Source of the DNA: a virus
Lineage: Duplodnaviria > Caudoviricetes
Virus record (IMG/VR): IMGVR_UViG_3300033463_006479
Span: 1-64,000 of that record
Reading direction: 5' to 3' (one strand)
Length of the DNA: 64,000 nt
The notes under the pieces were generated by a model that was not told where the DNA came from, ran no database searches, and saw nothing but the letters and a program-made list of their open reading frames with translations. This document shows, piece by piece, positions 48,497-58,565 of this stretch (the stretch's first letter is position 1; each line of letters starts with the position of its first letter). A program made the position numbers and the translations under genes.

Positions 48497-49684
48497 TTAT
48501 GTGATGATGAAGCGGTAGTGCGGTGTTACCTTGACGGAGAACTCCGCAGCGAAAATGCTTCTGGCGTGTACCGACTTGAAACCATCGGTCAATGTTATAT
48601 CGTAGTGGATAACGTCTGGATATATGGTTTCAACCTTGAGATTGTTCTCGTCCATATTCATTCGTCTTACCTTTTCTGCGATATGTTCCATATCGTGCTT
48701 GTATTTGGTTTCAGCGTTTTTTACCACCTCATCAACATACTTGCGCTTGTTCCACTGGTAATGGTTTGCCAGCACTTGCGTTTCTGTCTGCGTGCGTAAA
48801 GCCAGTTCTGATGGAAGGTCGGCATACAACTCTCTATTCCGCAGGTCTTCGTTATGCCGCCAAGCATACAGCCAATCCTCTTTCTTTCTGACTGGCTTGG
48901 CCTCAATCAAAGTATTAAAAATTACTGATTTCTTTTTAGGAATATACTCCGTTGAAATCGGTGAAAAACTATATCCGACTTTCTTGATTCTGCGGTAAAC
49001 TTCTGACACGCCGTCCCTCGGATGCTCCTTGCTCTCATATATGGCCGCAACCCTATCTCTATCAAGCGTGCCGAAGAAACTCATAAAATCGTATATGTCA
49101 AAATCCTTAAACTGCTTGAACGTATCAAATCGCTTGTCAGCCCATACCCTTACCTGCTCTATGTATCTGTCGTGAAAATCCTTTGTTTCGGAAAACAGAA
49201 TGGATAGCAGGTTGGTATATCTGCGGTCATTTGCATTTTTGTCCTTGTTGATAAGGCCGAACACATATTTGTCAAACGAGTTCTTCGCCCGTGTCCAGTA
49301 ATCGCTTCGTCTGCCATTGAATATAAGCTCTCCAGCTTTTTTGAGTATGAACTCGAACCAAGGAACGCTTTCACCTTCCAACGCTTTTTTTAGCGTAACG
49401 GATGTTGTCGGTGCGTCAAAACACCTCCACCACCAGAGGAAGTCCTCGTCCGTGTATTCTTCTGGTTTTTTGGATTTATGCACCTCGTTACCGATGAGGT
49501 AGATTGCTTTTTTGATTTCAGAAATCTTATTGGATTCTATGCCGTATTTATCGGCAATCAGTCTTTTCTCCGCCTTTGTATAGGCATTATCAACGGCTTT
49601 CAAATCCTGCTTGGCTGCTTCGTAATCAAATCCGTTCACAACAGATTCATTGATAAATTCACCGAAAGTCTTTATGTTCTCCAT
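48497..49684 (-). CDS. Hypothetical protein with a T4-CTS-like N-terminus
   Basis: Starts MENIKTFGEFINESV. Confidence 0.7.
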   Translation of the reverse strand: MENIKTFGEFINESVVNGFDYEAAKQDLKAVDNAYTKAEKRLIADKYGIESNKISEIKKAIYLIGNEVHKSKKPEEYTDEDFLWWWRCFDAPTTSVTLKKALEGESVPWFEFILKKAGELIFNGRRSDYWTRAKNSFDKYVFGLINKDKNANDRRYTNLLSILFSETKDFHDRYIEQVRVWADKRFDTFKQFKDFDIYDFMSFFGTLDRDRVAAIYESKEHPRDGVSEVYRRIKKVGYSFSPISTEYIPKKKSVIFNTLIEAKPVRKKEDWLYAWRHNEDLRNRELYADLPSELALRTQTETQVLANHYQWNKRKYVDEVVKNAETKYKHDMEHIAEKVRRMNMDENNLKVETIYPDVIHYDITLTDGFKSVHARSIFAAEFSVKVTPHYRFIIT

Positions 49685-49725
49685 AGCGATATGTTTTATT
49701 TATTTATGCCGTTTCAAAAACAATG

Positions 49726-49793
49726 CAAAGATACAAAAATATCTGGTATGATAAGGTGTGTGAATGAAATAGTTATCAACAAAATTATCAACA
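49726..49793 (-). promoter_or_regulatory. Bacteroidota-type early promoter with tandem TGTTGATAA boxes
   Basis: TATCTTTG at 49733-49726, boxes at 49793-49784 and 49781-49772. Confidence 0.7.
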
Positions 49794-49797
49794 TTGT

Positions 49798-49805
49798 TAT
49801 AAATA
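49798..49805 (+). promoter_or_regulatory. Late promoter of the + LRR array
   Basis: TATAAATA 19 nt upstream of the ATG at 49825. Confidence 0.7.
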
Positions 49806-49824
49806 TATAAACATAAATTGTGCT

Positions 49825-50715
49825 ATGGAAATACTGAAAACAGAACAATACATAAACGAGAAATTGGATATTCTTCCAGTCACAAAGGACAGACTTTCCA
49901 AAATGAAAGAATTGGTTTCTGTTGATGAAAAAACAAGGCGATTTATAGAAGAAAACAACTTGGTTTGGAATCCAGTCACAATGAGTTATGATTGTAAAGA
50001 TGATGTTCAAGTATCAGAGGATATAGTAATTAACGGAAAACTCAAAATAATATTCGGGAAAGTCAGTGGGGATTTTGATTGCCGTGATAATAATCTGACC
50101 ACCCTTGAGTGTGTGCCGAAGGAAGTGGGCGGAAGTTTTTATTGCAGTTATAATAATCTGACTACGCTTGAATGCGCACCGAAAGAAGTTGGTGGGTATT
50201 TTGATTGCAGTAACAATAATCTGACTACACTTGAAGGTGTACCGAATGTGGTTGGTAAGAATTTTGATTGTGGTAGAAATAATCTGACCACCCTTAACGG
50301 AGCACCACAAGAAGTTGGCGGGAGTTTTTATTGCAGTGGAAATGAACTGACTACACTTGAAGGAGCACCGCAGGAAGTGGGTGGTTTTTATTGCAGTTGT
50401 AATAGTCTGACTTCCCTTGAAGGTGCACCGAAAAAGGTTGGTGGGTGTTTTTATTGCAGTTTTAATTATCTGACCACGCTTGAAGGAGCACCAAAGGAAA
50501 TTGGCGAAGATTTTAAATGCAATGATAATGAACTGATTTCCCTTGAAGGCGCACCACAGAGAGTCGGCGGTGGTTTTGATTGTAGTGGCAATAAACTGAT
50601 TTCCCTTGAAGGCGCACCACAGAAAGTCGGTAGGGATTTTAAATGCAGTGATAACCCAAATCTTGTTTTATCAGAAGAAAAACCAAGCTGGGTGAAGGGG
50701 AATTTTATAAGATAA
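49825..50715 (+). CDS. Tagged 21-aa LRR protein
   Basis: Tag plus LRR repeats. Confidence 0.85.
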   Translation: MEILKTEQYINEKLDILPVTKDRLSKMKELVSVDEKTRRFIEENNLVWNPVTMSYDCKDDVQVSEDIVINGKLKIIFGKVSGDFDCRDNNLTTLECVPKEVGGSFYCSYNNLTTLECAPKEVGGYFDCSNNNLTTLEGVPNVVGKNFDCGRNNLTTLNGAPQEVGGSFYCSGNELTTLEGAPQEVGGFYCSCNSLTSLEGAPKKVGGCFYCSFNYLTTLEGAPKEIGEDFKCNDNELISLEGAPQRVGGGFDCSGNKLISLEGAPQKVGRDFKCSDNPNLVLSEEKPSWVKGNFIR

Positions 50716-50724
50716 ATCAAAATT

Positions 50725-51240
50725 ATGGAAATACTTAAATCAGAGCAATACATAAGCGAGAAACTGACCATACAGCCAGTAACAAAGGACAGACTTTCCA
50801 AAATGAAAGAAGAACCTTCTGCTGATGAAAAAGCAAGACAATTCATAGAAGACAACAACTTGGTTTGGAATCCCAAAACAATGTGTTATGACTGTGAAGG
50901 TAATATTAAAGTATCAGATGATATAGTCGCTGGAGGAAAACTTAAAATAAGATTTGGAAAAGTTAGTGGGTATTTTTATTGCAGTGATAATAATCTTACC
51001 ACACTTGAAGGAGCACCGAATAAAGTGGTCGGAAGTTTTTATTGCAGTAACAACAAACTAACCACTCTTGATGGCGCACCGCAATATGTTGAAGGAAGTT
51101 TTACTTGTAATGACAATAATTTGGTATCTCTTGAAGGCGCACCGAATGAAGTGTGTGGAAATTTTTGTTGCTATAATAATCCGAATCTGGTTTTGCCAAA
51201 AGAGAAACCGAGCTGGGTGAAAGGGGAAATAATACGTTAA
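50725..51240 (+). CDS. Tagged 21-aa LRR protein
   Basis: Tag plus LRR repeats. Confidence 0.85.
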   Translation: MEILKSEQYISEKLTIQPVTKDRLSKMKEEPSADEKARQFIEDNNLVWNPKTMCYDCEGNIKVSDDIVAGGKLKIRFGKVSGYFYCSDNNLTTLEGAPNKVVGSFYCSNNKLTTLDGAPQYVEGSFTCNDNNLVSLEGAPNEVCGNFCCYNNPNLVLPKEKPSWVKGEIIR

Positions 51241-51243
51241 ACT

Positions 51244-51885
51244 ATGAGAATATTAAAAACCGAACAATATATAAACGAGAAACTGCTAATCAAACCAGTC
51301 ACAAAGAATATGCTTGCCAAAATGAAAGAAGAGCCTTCTGCTGATGAAAAAGTAAGGCAATTTATAGAAGAAAACAACTTGGTTTGGAATCCAAAAACAA
51401 TGAGCTATGACTGTGTGGGTGATGTTAGAGTATCAGAGGATATAGTAATTGACGGAAAACTCAAAATAAGATTCGGGAAAGTCAATGGATATTTTGATTG
51501 CAGTAACAATAATCTGACCACGCTTGAAGGCTCACCGAATGAAGTGGTCGGAAGTTTTTATTGTGATAATAATAATCTTACCACTCTTGATGGCGCACCG
51601 AATAAAGTGGGCAGAGATTTTGATTGCAGTTATGACAAACTGACCTCGCTTGAAGGCGCACCGAATAAAGTGGGCAGGGATTTTGATTGCAGTTCTAATA
51701 ATCTGACTACGCTTGAAGGCGCACCGAATAAAGTGGGCAGGGATTTTTATTGCGGTTATAATGAACTTACCTCGCTTGAAGGCGCACCACAAGAAGTCGG
51801 TGGGGATTTTAATTGCATTTATAATCCAAACCTTATTTTACCAGAAGGGAAACCGAGCTGGCTGAAAGGGGAAATAATAAATTAA
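51244..51885 (+). CDS. Tagged 21-aa LRR protein
   Basis: Tag plus LRR repeats. Confidence 0.85.
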   Translation: MRILKTEQYINEKLLIKPVTKNMLAKMKEEPSADEKVRQFIEENNLVWNPKTMSYDCVGDVRVSEDIVIDGKLKIRFGKVNGYFDCSNNNLTTLEGSPNEVVGSFYCDNNNLTTLDGAPNKVGRDFDCSYDKLTSLEGAPNKVGRDFDCSSNNLTTLEGAPNKVGRDFYCGYNELTSLEGAPQEVGGDFNCIYNPNLILPEGKPSWLKGEIIN

Positions 51886-51888
51886 GTG

Positions 51889-52653
51889 ATGAAAATACTG
51901 GATTCAAACGAATACATTGGCGAAAAACTGGTAATCAAACCAGTTACAAAGGATATGCTTTCCGATTATAAAAATCTATCTGTTGACGAAACCACAAGTC
52001 AATTCATAGAAGAAAACAATCTTATATGGAATCCAATCACAAAAAGTTATGACTGTGGTGGTAATGTTATCGTATCAGAAGATATGGTCATTGACGGAAA
52101 ACTGAAAATAAAATTCGGAAAGGTCGGCGGGGAGTTTCTTTGCTTTAACAAACAACTGACCACGCTTGAAAACTCACCGAATGAAGTCGGAGGTGAGTTT
52201 GATTGCAGTAACAATGGACTGACTTCACTTGAAGGCGCACCGAAAAAAATTGGTGGACATTTTGATTGCAGTTTTAATAATCTGACCACACTTGAGGGAG
52301 CACCGCAGGAAGTCAGCGGAGGTTTTTATTTATATGATAATCATTTGACCTCGCTTGAAGGAGCACCACAGAAAGTTGGCGGAGATTTTAGTTGCAGTTC
52401 TAATAATCTTACAACGCTTGAAGGCTCACCGCAGAAAGTGAGTGGAGATTTCAATTGCAGTGGTAATGAACTGACCACCCTTGAAGGCGCACCGAAGGAA
52501 GTTGGTGGAAATTTTAATTGCAGTTATAATGAATTGACCACCCTTGATGGCGCACCACAGAAAGTTGGTGGAAATTTTGTTTGCAGTGATAACCCAAACC
52601 TTGTTTTACCAAAAAGAAAACCGAGCTGGTTGAAAGGAAAAATAATCAGTTAA
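51889..52653 (+). CDS. Tagged 21-aa LRR protein
   Basis: Tag plus LRR repeats. Confidence 0.85.
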   Translation: MKILDSNEYIGEKLVIKPVTKDMLSDYKNLSVDETTSQFIEENNLIWNPITKSYDCGGNVIVSEDMVIDGKLKIKFGKVGGEFLCFNKQLTTLENSPNEVGGEFDCSNNGLTSLEGAPKKIGGHFDCSFNNLTTLEGAPQEVSGGFYLYDNHLTSLEGAPQKVGGDFSCSSNNLTTLEGSPQKVSGDFNCSGNELTTLEGAPKEVGGNFNCSYNELTTLDGAPQKVGGNFVCSDNPNLVLPKRKPSWLKGKIIS

Positions 52654-52656
52654 GAT

Positions 52657-53736
52657 ATGAAAATATTGGATTCAAACGAATATATAAACGAGAAACTGGT
52701 AATCAAACCAGTAACAAAGGATAGGCTTTCCGATTATAAAAAGCCATATGCTGATGAGGAGACAATTCGATTCATAAAAGACAACAATCTTATATGGAAT
52801 CCATTATCAAAAAGTTATGACTGCGAAGGTTATGTTAATGTATCAGATGACATAGTAATTAATGGAAAACTCAAAATAAGATTCGGAAAGGTCTGTTTGG
52901 ATTTTAATTGCACTGATAATGAACTGACTACTCTTGAAGGAGCACCAAATGAAGTAGGAGGGGATTTTCTTTGCTTTCACAATGAACTGACCGCCCTTGA
53001 AGGCGCACCGAAGAAAGTCGGCGGACATTTTAATTGCAATAGTAATTATCTGACAACACTTGAAGGAGCACCAAATAATGTTGGTGGGAATTTTTATTGC
53101 AGTAACAATCAACTGACTACACTTGAAGGTGCACCGAATAAAGTTGATGGAAATTTTGATTGCAGTAAAAATAAACTGACCACCCTTGAAGGAGCACCGC
53201 AGGAAGTATGTGGAAGTTTTTATTGCGGTAACAATCAACTGACTACACTTGAAGGCGCACCAAATAAAGTTGATGGCGATTTTGATTGTTATAATAATAA
53301 TCTGACCTATCTTAAAGGCGCACCGCAGGAAGTATGTGGAAGTTTTTATTGCAGCAAAAATAAACTGACCTCGCTTGAAGGTGCACTGAAGAAAGTTGGT
53401 GGAGGCTTTAATTGCAGTAGTAATAATCTGGCCACCCTTGAAGGAGCACCGAAGAAAGTTGGTGGAAATTTTAGTTGCCGTAATAATAATCTTACCACCC
53501 TTGAAGGAGCACCGCAGGAAGTTGGTGGAAATTTTAGTTGCCGTAACAATAATCTGACCACGCTTGAAGGAACACCAAAGAAAGTTTGTGGGGATTTTTA
53601 TTGCAGTCATAATAATCTTACCACACTTGAAGGCGCACCAAATGAAGTCGGTGGTGATTTTGATTGCAGCAATAATCCAAACCTTGTTTTACCAAAAGAA
53701 AAACCGAACTGGCTGAAAGGAAAAATAATCAGTTAA
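52657..53736 (+). CDS. Tagged 21-aa LRR protein
   Basis: Tag plus LRR repeats. Confidence 0.85.
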   Translation: MKILDSNEYINEKLVIKPVTKDRLSDYKKPYADEETIRFIKDNNLIWNPLSKSYDCEGYVNVSDDIVINGKLKIRFGKVCLDFNCTDNELTTLEGAPNEVGGDFLCFHNELTALEGAPKKVGGHFNCNSNYLTTLEGAPNNVGGNFYCSNNQLTTLEGAPNKVDGNFDCSKNKLTTLEGAPQEVCGSFYCGNNQLTTLEGAPNKVDGDFDCYNNNLTYLKGAPQEVCGSFYCSKNKLTSLEGALKKVGGGFNCSSNNLATLEGAPKKVGGNFSCRNNNLTTLEGAPQEVGGNFSCRNNNLTTLEGTPKKVCGDFYCSHNNLTTLEGAPNEVGGDFDCSNNPNLVLPKEKPNWLKGKIIS

Positions 53737-53739
53737 GAT

Positions 53740-54828
53740 ATGAAAATACTGGATTCAAACGAATACATAAACGAGAAACTGGACATTAAGCCAGTTACAA
53801 ATGACATACTTTCCAAATTTAGGGAAGAACCTTATATTGATAAAAAGACAAGAAAATTCATAGAAGTCAACAATCTTATATGGAATCCAGTCACAATGAG
53901 TTATGACTGTGATGGCGATGTTGATGTGTGGGAAGGCATAGTTACAGATGGAAAACTCAAAATAAGATTTGGGGATGTCTGTGGTGATTTTGATTGCAGT
54001 TATAATGAACTGACCACCCTTGAAGGCGCACCGAAAAAAGTAGGTGGTGATTTTGATTGTGATATTAATAATCTGACCACACTTGAAGGAGCACCAAATG
54101 TGGTGGGTGGACATTTTATTTGCAATGGCAATAAACTGACTTCACTTAAAGGAGCACCGAATGACGTTGGCGGAGATTTTAATTGCAGTGACAATAGTAT
54201 AACCACGCTTGAAGGTGCACCGAATAAGGTGGGCTGGGATTTTGATTGCAGTATTAATAAACTGACCACCCTTGAAGGAGCACCGAATGAAGTTGGTGGC
54301 GATTTTAATTGCAGTAGTAATAGTCTGACTACCCTTAAAGGCGCACCGAAGAAAGTTGATGGTGATTTTGATTGCAGTGGTAATAATCTGACCGCCCTTG
54401 AAGGTGCATCGAATGAGGTCGGTGGGTATTTTTATTGCTGTTATAATAAACTAACAACCCTTGAAGGTGCACCGAAGAAAGTGAGTGGAAATTTTTATTG
54501 TTATAACAATAATCTGACCACACTTGAAGGAGCACCAAATGAAGTAGGCGGGGATTTTAATTGCTCTTTTAATAATCTGACTGCCATTGAAGGAGCACCG
54601 AAGAAAGTCGGTGGGGATTTTAATTGCAGTAACAATGAACTGACCACCCTTGAAGGAGCACCGACTGTGGTTGGTAAAGGTTTTAATTGCAGTCATAATG
54701 AACTGACCACTCTTGAAGGAGCACCACAGAAAGTCGTTGGCGATTTTTATTGCAGACATAATCCAAACCTTGTTTTACCAGAAGAAAAACCGATTTGGAT
54801 TGAAGGAAAATATATAACTGCTTTATGA
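53740..54828 (+). CDS. Tagged 21-aa LRR protein
   Basis: Tag plus LRR repeats. Confidence 0.85.
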   Translation: MKILDSNEYINEKLDIKPVTNDILSKFREEPYIDKKTRKFIEVNNLIWNPVTMSYDCDGDVDVWEGIVTDGKLKIRFGDVCGDFDCSYNELTTLEGAPKKVGGDFDCDINNLTTLEGAPNVVGGHFICNGNKLTSLKGAPNDVGGDFNCSDNSITTLEGAPNKVGWDFDCSINKLTTLEGAPNEVGGDFNCSSNSLTTLKGAPKKVDGDFDCSGNNLTALEGASNEVGGYFYCCYNKLTTLEGAPKKVSGNFYCYNNNLTTLEGAPNEVGGDFNCSFNNLTAIEGAPKKVGGDFNCSNNELTTLEGAPTVVGKGFNCSHNELTTLEGAPQKVVGDFYCRHNPNLVLPEEKPIWIEGKYITAL

Positions 54829-55592
54829 AAATACTTGATTCAAACGAATATATAAACGAGAAACTGGACATCCAGCCAGTCACAAAGGATAGGTTTGCCA
54901 AATTTAAGGAAGAACCTTATATTGATGAAAAGACAAGAAAATTCATAGAAGACAACAATCTTATATGGAATCCAGTTACAATGAGCTATGACTGTGGAGG
55001 TGGTGTTAAAGCATCAGAGGATATAGTTGCTGACGGAAAACTTAAAATAAGATTCGGGAAGGTTGATGGGGATTTTAATTGCAGTGATAATCAACTGACA
55101 ACCCTTGATGGAGCACCGAAGGAAGTGGGTAGAAATTTTTATTGCAGAAGAAATAAACTGACAACCCTTGAAGGAGCACCGAAGGAAGTGAGCGGAAGTT
55201 TTTATTGCAGTCGTAATAATCTGACCACCCTTAAAGACGCACCACAAAAAGTGGGTGGAGATTTTGATTGCATTGGTAATAAACTAACCACCCTTGAAGG
55301 AGCACCGCAGGAAGTTGGTGGGTATTTTAGTTGCAGTAATAATAATCTTACAACGCTTGAAGGAGCACCTCAAGAAATAGGTAAGGATTTTGATTGCAGT
55401 TTTAATAATCTTACCACCCTTAAAGGAACACCGCAGAAAGTCGGTGGGTATTTTAATTGCAGTGACACCAATCTGACCACCCTTGAGTACGCACCGAATG
55501 AAGTTGACGGTTATTTTTATTGTTATAATAACTCAAGTCTTGTTTTGCCAGAGGAGAAACCGAGCTGGCTGAAAGGGAGAATAATAAGTTAA
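54825..55592 (+). CDS. Tagged 21-aa LRR protein
   Basis: Tag plus LRR repeats. Confidence 0.85.
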   Translation: MKILDSNEYINEKLDIQPVTKDRFAKFKEEPYIDEKTRKFIEDNNLIWNPVTMSYDCGGGVKASEDIVADGKLKIRFGKVDGDFNCSDNQLTTLDGAPKEVGRNFYCRRNKLTTLEGAPKEVSGSFYCSRNNLTTLKDAPQKVGGDFDCIGNKLTTLEGAPQEVGGYFSCSNNNLTTLEGAPQEIGKDFDCSFNNLTTLKGTPQKVGGYFNCSDTNLTTLEYAPNEVDGYFYCYNNSSLVLPEEKPSWLKGRIIS

Positions 55593-55595
55593 ATT

Positions 55596-56300
55596 ATGAA
55601 AACACTGAAAACTGAACAATACATAAGCGAGAAACTGACCATACAGCCAGTCACAAAGGACAGACTTTCCAAAATGAAAGAAGAGCCGTCTGTTGATGAA
55701 AAAGCAAGGCTATACATAGAAGAAAACAACTTGGTTTGGAATTCAAAAACAATAAGCTATGATTGTTATGGAGATGTTGATGTGTCGGAAGACATAGTTA
55801 CAGATGGAAAACTCAAAATAAGATTTGGAAAGATTGGTGGGTATTTTGATTGCAATAACAATAGACTGACTACGCTTGAAGGAGTACCGAAAGAAGTTGG
55901 TGGGTATTTTGATTGCAGTTATAACAATCTGACCACACTTGAAGGAGCACCGAATGTTGTTGGTGAAGATTTTTATTGTGATAACAATAGACTGACCACT
56001 CTTGAAGGCGCACCGAATGAAGTGAGTGGTGATTTTTTTTGCGGTGGCAATAAACTGGCCACACTTGAAGGAGCACCGAAGGAAGTTGGCGGTTGTTTCA
56101 GTTGTAGTAATAATAATCTTACAACGCTTGAAGGTGCACCGAAAAAGGTCGGCGGGTATTTTAATTGCAGTGACAATAATCTGACTACACTTGAAGGAGC
56201 ACCACAGAAAGTTGGTGGGGATTTTAATTGCATTAATAACCCAAACCTTGTTTTACCAGAAGAAAAACCAATCTGGGTGAAAGGTGAAATATATAAATAA
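55596..56300 (+). CDS. Tagged 21-aa LRR protein
   Basis: Tag plus LRR repeats. Confidence 0.85.
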   Translation: MKTLKTEQYISEKLTIQPVTKDRLSKMKEEPSVDEKARLYIEENNLVWNSKTISYDCYGDVDVSEDIVTDGKLKIRFGKIGGYFDCNNNRLTTLEGVPKEVGGYFDCSYNNLTTLEGAPNVVGEDFYCDNNRLTTLEGAPNEVSGDFFCGGNKLATLEGAPKEVGGCFSCSNNNLTTLEGAPKKVGGYFNCSDNNLTTLEGAPQKVGGDFNCINNPNLVLPEEKPIWVKGEIYK

Positions 56301-56303
56301 TTT

Positions 56304-56882
56304 ATGAGAATACTGAAGTCAGACACATATATAAACGAGAAACTGGACATTAAGCCAGTCACAAAGGACAGACTTTCCAAATTTATGGAAAAACTGTATG
56401 TTGATGAAAACACAAGGAAATTTATAGAAAAGAATAATCTTAAATGGAATCCATTATTAAAAGGTTATGACTGTGGAGGTGATGTTAAAGTATCAGAGGA
56501 TATAGTCACTGACGGAAAACTGAAAATAAGATTTGGGAAAGTCGGTGGTAATTTTCATTGCGGTAGTAATAATCTGACCACGCTTGAAGGCGCACCGAAG
56601 GAAGTCGGTGGGTGTTTCAGTTGTAGTAATAATAATCTTACAACGCTTGAAGGAACACCGAAAAATGTCTGTGGGTATTTTAATTGCAGTGATAATAAAC
56701 TGACTTCACTTGAAGGAGCACCGCAGGAAGTCGGTGGGAATTTTTATTGCAGTGGTAATGAACTGACTACGCTTGAAGGCGCACCGAAGGAAGTCGGTGG
56801 GGATTTTATTTGCAGATATAACCAAAACCTTGTTTTACCAAAAGAAAAACCGAGCTGGCTGAAAGGGAATTTTATAAATTAA
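56304..56882 (+). CDS. Tagged 21-aa LRR protein
   Basis: Tag plus LRR repeats. Confidence 0.85.
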   Translation: MRILKSDTYINEKLDIKPVTKDRLSKFMEKLYVDENTRKFIEKNNLKWNPLLKGYDCGGDVKVSEDIVTDGKLKIRFGKVGGNFHCGSNNLTTLEGAPKEVGGCFSCSNNNLTTLEGTPKNVCGYFNCSDNKLTSLEGAPQEVGGNFYCSGNELTTLEGAPKEVGGDFICRYNQNLVLPKEKPSWLKGNFIN

Positions 56883-56891
56883 ATCAAAATT

Positions 56892-57659
56892 ATGGAAATA
56901 CTGAAAACCGAACAATATATAAACGAGAAACTGACCATACAGCCAGTAACAAAGGATAGACTTTCCAAATTTAGGGAAGAACCTTATATTGATGAAAAGA
57001 CAAGGCAATTCATAGAATACAACAACCTTAAATGGAATCCAGTTACAAAAAGTTATGATTGTGAAGGTGATGTTAAAGTATCAGAGGATATTGTTGCTGA
57101 CGGAAAACTGAAAATAAGATTCGGAAAAGTTAGCGGGATTTTTGATTGCAGTAACAATAAACTGACATCGCTTGAAGGAGCACCGAATGAAGTTGGTGGT
57201 AATTTTTATTGCGGTTATAATGAACTGACCACCCTTGATGGCGCACCGCAATATGTTGGTGTTGGTTTTCATTGTTATGGTAATAAACTGACTTCCCTTG
57301 AAGGCGCACCTCAAGAAATAGGTAAAGATTTTGATTGCGGTTATAATAATCTGACCACCCTTGAAGGAGCACCGAAGAAAGTTGGTGGTAATTTTGATTG
57401 CAGCAGTAATGTATTGACCACCCTTGAAGGCGCACCAAAATATGTTGGTGATAATTTTATTTGCAGTTATAATAAACTGACCACTCTTGAATGCGCACCG
57501 CAAGAAGTTGGTGTGGGTTTTTATTGCACTTCCAATAATCTGACCTCTCTTGAAGGTGCACCGAATAAAGTCGGTGGGTATTTTTATTGCAGTGATAATT
57601 CAAACCTTGTTTTACCAAAAGAAAAACCGAGCTGGGTGAAAGGAGAAATAATAAGTTAA
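56892..57659 (+). CDS. Tagged 21-aa LRR protein
   Basis: Tag plus LRR repeats. Confidence 0.85.
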   Translation: MEILKTEQYINEKLTIQPVTKDRLSKFREEPYIDEKTRQFIEYNNLKWNPVTKSYDCEGDVKVSEDIVADGKLKIRFGKVSGIFDCSNNKLTSLEGAPNEVGGNFYCGYNELTTLDGAPQYVGVGFHCYGNKLTSLEGAPQEIGKDFDCGYNNLTTLEGAPKKVGGNFDCSSNVLTTLEGAPKYVGDNFICSYNKLTTLECAPQEVGVGFYCTSNNLTSLEGAPNKVGGYFYCSDNSNLVLPKEKPSWVKGEIIS

Positions 57660-57662
57660 AAT

Positions 57663-58556
57663 ATGCAAATACTGAAAACCGAACAATACATAAACGAGAA
57701 ACTGACCATACAGCCAGTTACAAAGGACAGACTTTCCAAAATGAAAGAAGAGCCTTCTGTTGATAAAAAAGCAAGGCGATTCATAGAAGAAAACAACTTG
57801 GTTTGGAATCCAGTAACAATGAGTTATGACTGTGATGGTGATGTCAAAACATCAAAGGATATAGTTGCTGGTGGAAAATTGAACATAAAATTCGGAAATG
57901 TCGGCGGGGAGTTTAATTGCAATGAAAGTCATCTGACCACACTTGAAGGCGCACCGCAGGAAGTATGTGGAAGTTTTAGTTGCAATCATAATAATCTGAC
58001 CACCCTTGAGGGCGCACCGAAGAAAGTCGGTGGGCATTTTTATTGCATTGGTAATAATCTGACCACCCTTGAATGCGCACCAAATGAAGTTGGTGAAAAT
58101 TTTTATTGCAGTTATAATGAACTTACCTCGCTTGAAGGAGCACCGAAGAAAGTCGGCGGATATTTTGATTGTAGTAACAATAAATTGAAAATACTTGATG
58201 GTGCACCGCAGGAAGTGGGTGGAAATTTTGTTTGCAGTTTTAATAATCTGACCACACTTGATGGCGCACCGAAAAAAGTAGGCTGGTATTTTGATTGCAG
58301 TCATAATAATCTAACTTCACTTGAAGGTGCACCGCAGGAAGTTTATGGAGGTTTTTATTGCAGTAACAATAATTTGACCTCGCTTGAAGGTGCACCGAAT
58401 AAAGTGGATGGGGGTTTTAGTTGCAATAGTAATAATCTGACTTCACTTGAAGGCGCACCGAAAAAGGTTGGCGGTGATTTTTATTGCAGTTATAATCCGA
58501 ATTTGTATTTGCCTAAAGAAAAACCGAGCTGGTTGAAAGGAAATTTTATAAATTAA
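57663..58556 (+). CDS. Tagged 21-aa LRR protein
   Basis: Tag plus LRR repeats. Confidence 0.85.
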   Translation: MQILKTEQYINEKLTIQPVTKDRLSKMKEEPSVDKKARRFIEENNLVWNPVTMSYDCDGDVKTSKDIVAGGKLNIKFGNVGGEFNCNESHLTTLEGAPQEVCGSFSCNHNNLTTLEGAPKKVGGHFYCIGNNLTTLECAPNEVGENFYCSYNELTSLEGAPKKVGGYFDCSNNKLKILDGAPQEVGGNFVCSFNNLTTLDGAPKKVGWYFDCSHNNLTSLEGAPQEVYGGFYCSNNNLTSLEGAPNKVDGGFSCNSNNLTSLEGAPKKVGGDFYCSYNPNLYLPKEKPSWLKGNFIN

Positions 58557-58565
58557 ATCAAAATT

